DNA of 30,462 nucleotides from a virus (lineage: Duplodnaviria > Caudoviricetes): positions 1 to 30,462 of IMG/VR virus record IMGVR_UViG_3300032212_000112; one strand, written 5' to 3'. The notes under the pieces are model-generated. The model was not told the origin of the DNA, searched no databases, and saw nothing but the letters and a program-made list of their open reading frames with translations. Positions 27,375 to 30,462 of the stretch are shown piece by piece. Every line of letters starts with the position of its first letter. Position 1 is the stretch's first letter. The position numbers and the translations under genes are program-made.

Positions 27375-28022
27375 TTGATCAGAATCATCGACCACATTAA
27401 AACCATACCGAGCGACCTGCCAACCGTCCACATATTGCACGGCATACACCGCGATAATCCAGAAACCGGCCCTGGTAACTGGACAAAATACTTCAATGAT
27501 GCAGGATTCAATGTAAAGGTCTGGGATTATGGCAAGGTCTACGCACTCACGGCTCGATTTTTTGTTAATCCTGATGTCGTGAAACGGGTTAAAAAAGAGA
27601 TATATCCAGGTGATATTCTATTAGGCCACTCTAACGGATGCGCCATTATCGCCGATGTGTGTGATGATATAGGTATCATGGTCGGTGGCGTTATCCTGTT
27701 AAACCCCGCTCTTAACGTCAATCGTCGCATAGCTTGTGATGTGCCCTGGATACACGTCTACTGTAATGAGTCAGATATGGCCGTAGCAGCCGGTAAATGG
27801 TATCGGCGCATCAATCCCATTAGTTGGGTATTTAGACACCCATACGGCGAACAGGGGCGGTATGGGCCTGATTTTAACGATAAACGATACCAAGTATTTA
27901 AAGGCGAATCACAGCCAGATTTGCCGGTGGTGAGCGGCCATAGCCGCATAAACGAGCCTGAAATACTGGAATCATGGGGTGTATTTGGCGTTAAGCAGGT
28001 GTTAAGCGAGCTATCTGTTTAA
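27375..28022 (+). CDS. Alpha/beta hydrolase (lipase/esterase-like)
   Basis: LHGI oxyanion motif, GHSNG nucleophile elbow, ILLNPAL, NESD, SGHS; GAGGA SD before TTG. Confidence 0.8.
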   Translation: MIRIIDHIKTIPSDLPTVHILHGIHRDNPETGPGNWTKYFNDAGFNVKVWDYGKVYALTARFFVNPDVVKRVKKEIYPGDILLGHSNGCAIIADVCDDIGIMVGGVILLNPALNVNRRIACDVPWIHVYCNESDMAVAAGKWYRRINPISWVFRHPYGEQGRYGPDFNDKRYQVFKGESQPDLPVVSGHSRINEPEILESWGVFGVKQVLSELSV

Positions 28023-28256
28023 TATTGCCTCTAATTCATCGGCGCAATCACACAAAGCAGACGCATCATCAACAGTCTCGCAATAAGGAGCTGTGACTCT
28101 CCAGTGCTTTATTAACTTAACCAGCCTTTCTTCACGCTCTATGTATTGGCTCAATATATCTGCAAACGCCTCGGCTAGTTCTGGTTGCATATCTATGGAC
28201 TTCGTAGCAGGGTAGCACCACGCTTGCGCTGCAATTTCTCTTGCTTTATCACTCAT
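28011..28256 (-). CDS. Hypothetical protein
   Basis: AAGGAG SD before ATG 28256; AAQAWC..PELAEAFA; CADELEA tail. Confidence 0.65.
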   Translation of the reverse strand: MSDKAREIAAQAWCYPATKSIDMQPELAEAFADILSQYIEREERLVKLIKHWRVTAPYCETVDDASALCDCADELEAILNR

Positions 28257-28258
28257 AA

Positions 28259-28549
28259 TCACTCCTTTGGTGTTAGGGCTTGCACTACTAAAAACTCTTT
28301 TAGCATCATCTTTGTTTCTAAATATAACTCAGCTTTGTAGCGCGGCATTTCTGGGTTATAAGTAAGCCTGTCACTTAAATCATCCACCATTCTTTTAACA
28401 CCGCATTTAATCCTTTCATTCTCTACCCGAGACTCTTTGAGTTGTTGTTCTAAAATTAAATAGCCTTGAGCCAAAGCCTTGACCGCATCACTTTGAACAT
28501 AAGGGATGTCGTCGATTATTTCTTCCGCTACCACCTTTGGTTCATTCAT
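28259..28549 (-). CDS. Hypothetical protein, 96 aa
   Basis: Start overlaps the upstream stop (ATGAATGA); part of a packed leftward operon. Confidence 0.6.
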   Translation of the reverse strand: MNEPKVVAEEIIDDIPYVQSDAVKALAQGYLILEQQLKESRVENERIKCGVKRMVDDLSDRLTYNPEMPRYKAELYLETKMMLKEFLVVQALTPKE

Positions 28550-28724
28550 CGCTTTTCTCCATTGTTTTGTATGCGGATATTATGTCCATCAATTCCTTGC
28601 CATCCTTGAATTTTCTCCACAATAAGTTCATCACCCACGCTGAAAATACAACCATGCCCAGCATTAACCATAAGCCAGCAGAAATAACACCAATCCAATA
28701 AAAAACTTGTTCATAAATGCTCAT
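28542..28724 (-). CDS. Small membrane protein, 60 aa
   Basis: Long hydrophobic helix; GAGGA SD. Confidence 0.65.
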   Translation of the reverse strand: MSIYEQVFYWIGVISAGLWLMLGMVVFSAWVMNLLWRKFKDGKELMDIISAYKTMEKSDE

Positions 28725-28727
28725 ATT

Positions 28728-28901
28728 TCAATCCTCGCTTGGTGGAGAAGGTAGTATTTTATAGTTACGTATAAAGCCCATGCCATTATTTCTAATCCAA
28801 TCTTTAATGCTTTCATCTAAAGAGGTCATAGGGGTTACGTTGACAGGGATACTTCTTTCAACTTCACCTCCATTAAAAGAAACTCTTACCCACTCACTCA
28901 T
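28728..28901 (-). CDS. Hypothetical protein (MSEWVRVS...LPSPPSED)
   Basis: Start moved to 28901 (ATGAGTGA overlap); MSEW and LPxPP termini are typical of small phage early genes. Confidence 0.6.
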   Translation of the reverse strand: MSEWVRVSFNGGEVERSIPVNVTPMTSLDESIKDWIRNNGMGFIRNYKILPSPPSED

Positions 28902-29235
28902 CTTTCCCATCCTTATAGGCCTTGAAGTTATCTGCACCGGATAAACAATTACTGCGAAAAGCATAGTGATACAGCATCCTGTAATTTTCTTCTAAAATAA
29001 ATAGCTTGTCCTGTAGCTCAACATATTTAGGTATCAATGTTGCTAAATGGCCTGCATAAAAGTTAGCTGACTGACAACCGCTCACGCAATCATCGTCTTT
29101 CATAGCGTCCAGTATTACGCTGTAATCCTGTTCCGTTACACTCATATCGCTACACCTCTTACAAAGATAAGGAGTTTGTGGATAACCCCTATCAAATCCA
29201 TTATCAGCTTCACCACCACATTTAGGGCATGTCAT
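28894..29235 (-). CDS. Hypothetical protein with N-terminal Zn-ribbon (CPKC...CKRC)
   Basis: Two CxxC pairs; AAGGT SD. Confidence 0.6.
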   Translation of the reverse strand: MTCPKCGGEADNGFDRGYPQTPYLCKRCSDMSVTEQDYSVILDAMKDDDCVSGCQSANFYAGHLATLIPKYVELQDKLFILEENYRMLYHYAFRSNCLSGADNFKAYKDGKDE

Positions 29236-29302
29236 ATCTATTTACCTTCTATCTGTTCTGGTGTCATATCATCCCTCTCTGGTGTTGTGTTATTGGGGGG
29301 TG

Positions 29303-29491
29303 TTACATTGGCGTTCCGAAATAAATCTTGGCGTTGCTTTCTTCAATATTGTCTAGCTTTGCTAAAATCTCAAACTGCACAGCATCTTGATAACTTATAT
29401 CAATATACCCCCCGCTCTTTAGAGCAAACCTCGGCTTGCCGCGCTCTGGATACTCAAGGTGAAACGGTAAATGCCTAACCATAACTTCCAT
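29303..29491 (-). CDS. Hypothetical protein, 62 aa
   Basis: Strong AGGAG SD. Confidence 0.65.
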   Translation of the reverse strand: MEVMVRHLPFHLEYPERGKPRFALKSGGYIDISYQDAVQFEILAKLDNIEESNAKIYFGTPM

Positions 29492-29515
29492 TTTTATCTC
29501 CTATTTACTTATGTA

Positions 29516-29590
29516 TGGTGGGCAGACTGGCTACGTCAAACCAGCTTTTGCGACGATTGAGTTAAGCTTTATTTGAATAACTCGCTGCCC
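29516..29590 (-). ncRNA. 75-nt tRNA-like element ending in ACCA (not a canonical tRNA)
   Basis: GGGCAG/CTGCCC terminal stem + ACCA; inner GAGTTA/TAACTC and GCTGG/CCAGT arms. Confidence 0.5.
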
Positions 29591-29635
29591 ATAATCTTAT
29601 AAACCCTTAATTCATTTGTCCTTTATGTGTATTAA

Positions 29636-30331
29636 TCAAGCCGTCTCTAACTCGGCGAGACGCTTCATATCATCAAGGGCTTCTTCGTTACTGCAAGTCC
29701 AATGAGGTATTTTTTCTAATTTTGGATCGCTTGCCATATAAATTAATGCAGCCGCAGAGCCAGTTCCGTAAACACCCTCTAAAACCTTTCCGCCTTCTCC
29801 AGCCAAAGTAACAACCCATCCCGCTCTACAGTGCGCTGTACCACAGTGCCATGACGACATATCTAGCGCGCCTTCTGGCTTCGCTGCCGTATAGACTGAT
29901 TGATGTATGTTTGCGATCTTTGGAATCCAATCAGCACCGCGCAAGTAAGCACCGCGCAAGTAAGCACCGCGCAAGTAAGCATCGCGCAAGTCAGCACCGC
30001 GCAAGTCAGCATCGCGCAAGTAAGCACCGCTCAAGTCAGCACCGCGCAAGTAAGCATCGCGCAAGTAAGCATCGCGCAAGTAAGCACCGCGCAAGTAAGC
30101 ACCGCGCAAGTAAGCATCGCGCAAGTCAGCACCGCGCAAGTCAGCATCGCGCAAGTCAGCACCGCTCAAGTCAGCACCGCGCAAGTAAGCACCGCGCAAG
30201 TCAGCACCGTTTTTGATTGCCCACTTAACGGATAACCCTATTTTAAATCGCGTTGATTCGTCACCACTACAGTCAATATCAGCAGTAAATTGAGTTTTAC
30301 CTGTAAATCTATTTTTAATATCGAATTTCAT
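29636..30331 (-). CDS. Pentapeptide repeat protein with C-terminal HCGTAHCRAGW domain
   Basis: 19 A[D/Y] units of the A(D/Y)L(R/S)(G/D) repeat; AAGGAG SD; IKNRFTG N-terminus. Confidence 0.9.
   Translation of the reverse strand: MKFDIKNRFTGKTQFTADIDCSGDESTRFKIGLSVKWAIKNGADLRGAYLRGADLSGADLRDADLRGADLRDAYLRGAYLRGAYLRDAYLRDAYLRGADLSGAYLRDADLRGADLRDAYLRGAYLRGAYLRGADWIPKIANIHQSVYTAAKPEGALDMSSWHCGTAHCRAGWVVTLAGEGGKVLEGVYGTGSAAALIYMASDPKLEKIPHWTCSNEEALDDMKRLAELETA
29931..30209. repeat. 15-bp tandem repeat, 18 full copies + 9 bp, consensus T[C/A]AGCA[C/T]CGC[G/T]CAAG
   Basis: Counted directly; encodes the pentapeptide repeats on the minus strand. Confidence 0.95.
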
Positions 30332-30352
30332 TTCGCTATCTCCTTAATTAAA

Positions 30353-30414
30353 TGGTGAGCAACTAAACGACCTACGACTTGGATCGGGGTAGATACAAAA
30401 CCGCCTAGTTGCTC
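30353..30414 (-). ncRNA. 62-nt long hairpin ending in ACCA
   Basis: GAGCAACTAGGCGG / TCGTTTAGTTGCTC stem (with G-U pairs) followed by ACCA. Confidence 0.5.
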
Positions 30415-30420
30415 ATAAAC

Positions 30421-30462
30421 TTATGCTGCTAACTTTTGCAATTTCTCTTGCATTTCATCCAC
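30421..30462 (-). CDS. 3' end of an upstream gene (partial, ...VDEMQEKLQKLAA*)
   Basis: Open frame from the window edge to TAA at 30421-30423; too short to identify. Confidence 0.45.
   Translation of the reverse strand: MDEMQEKLQKLAA

Noticed and set aside
25271-28022. Diversity-generating retroelement, given the BPP-1-like virion genes
   Set aside because: No reverse transcriptase ORF, and I saw no template/variable repeat pair differing at adenines in this window
29516-29590. Canonical tRNA gene
   Set aside because: Length and CCA fit, but there is no proper D-arm or anticodon arm and no TTCGA T-loop; kept only as tRNA-like
29931-30209. Possible CRISPR array
   Set aside because: Units are contiguous 15-mers with no unique spacers, and they encode an in-frame pentapeptide repeat; no cas genes
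29851-30235. Plus-strand ORFs 29851-30216 (HRASK repeats) and 29900-30235 (AQVST repeats)
   Set aside because: Shadow frames kept open by the stop-free 15-bp repeat; the minus-strand gene has the SD and a recognisable family
28230-30451. 15-bp direct match TGCAATTTCTCTTGC at 28230-28244 and 30437-30451 as att sites
   Set aside because: Both copies lie inside coding sequence in different frames; no integrase or boundary signal; probably coincidental

Overview
The window is a gene-dense segment of a dsDNA tailed phage or prophage genome, with no host genes visible. The virion module is podovirus-type (T7/BPP-1/epsilon15-like). No RNA polymerase, DNA polymerase or integrase is recognisable in the window. 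Left (1-6006, +): a lambdoid nin-like region with a degenerate NUMOD4/HNH, HTH proteins, SNF2-like helicase, beta-class DNA methyltransferase, DUF1937-like protein, NinB, a Ref-like HNH nuclease, several tiny unannotated ORFs and a Tat-signal lipoprotein. Middle (5999-28022, +): terminase small and large subunits, a permuted papain-like protein, portal, scaffold, an antisense HNH-AP2 endonuclease, major capsid with a structured leader, tail tubes A/B, internal (ejection) proteins, one carrying an ADP-ribosyltransferase-like domain, an accessory fibre/LamG cassette, a T7 gp17-type tail fibre, and a lysis cassette (holin-like, GH24 lysozyme, alpha/beta hydrolase, no visible spanin). Right (28011-30462, -): a convergent operon of small genes and a pentapeptide-repeat protein. 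It is punctuated by two non-coding stem + 3'-ACCA (tRNA-like, candidate RNase P substrate) elements, each directly upstream of a strong ribosome-binding site. All family calls come from motif recognition by eye; no database search was run.
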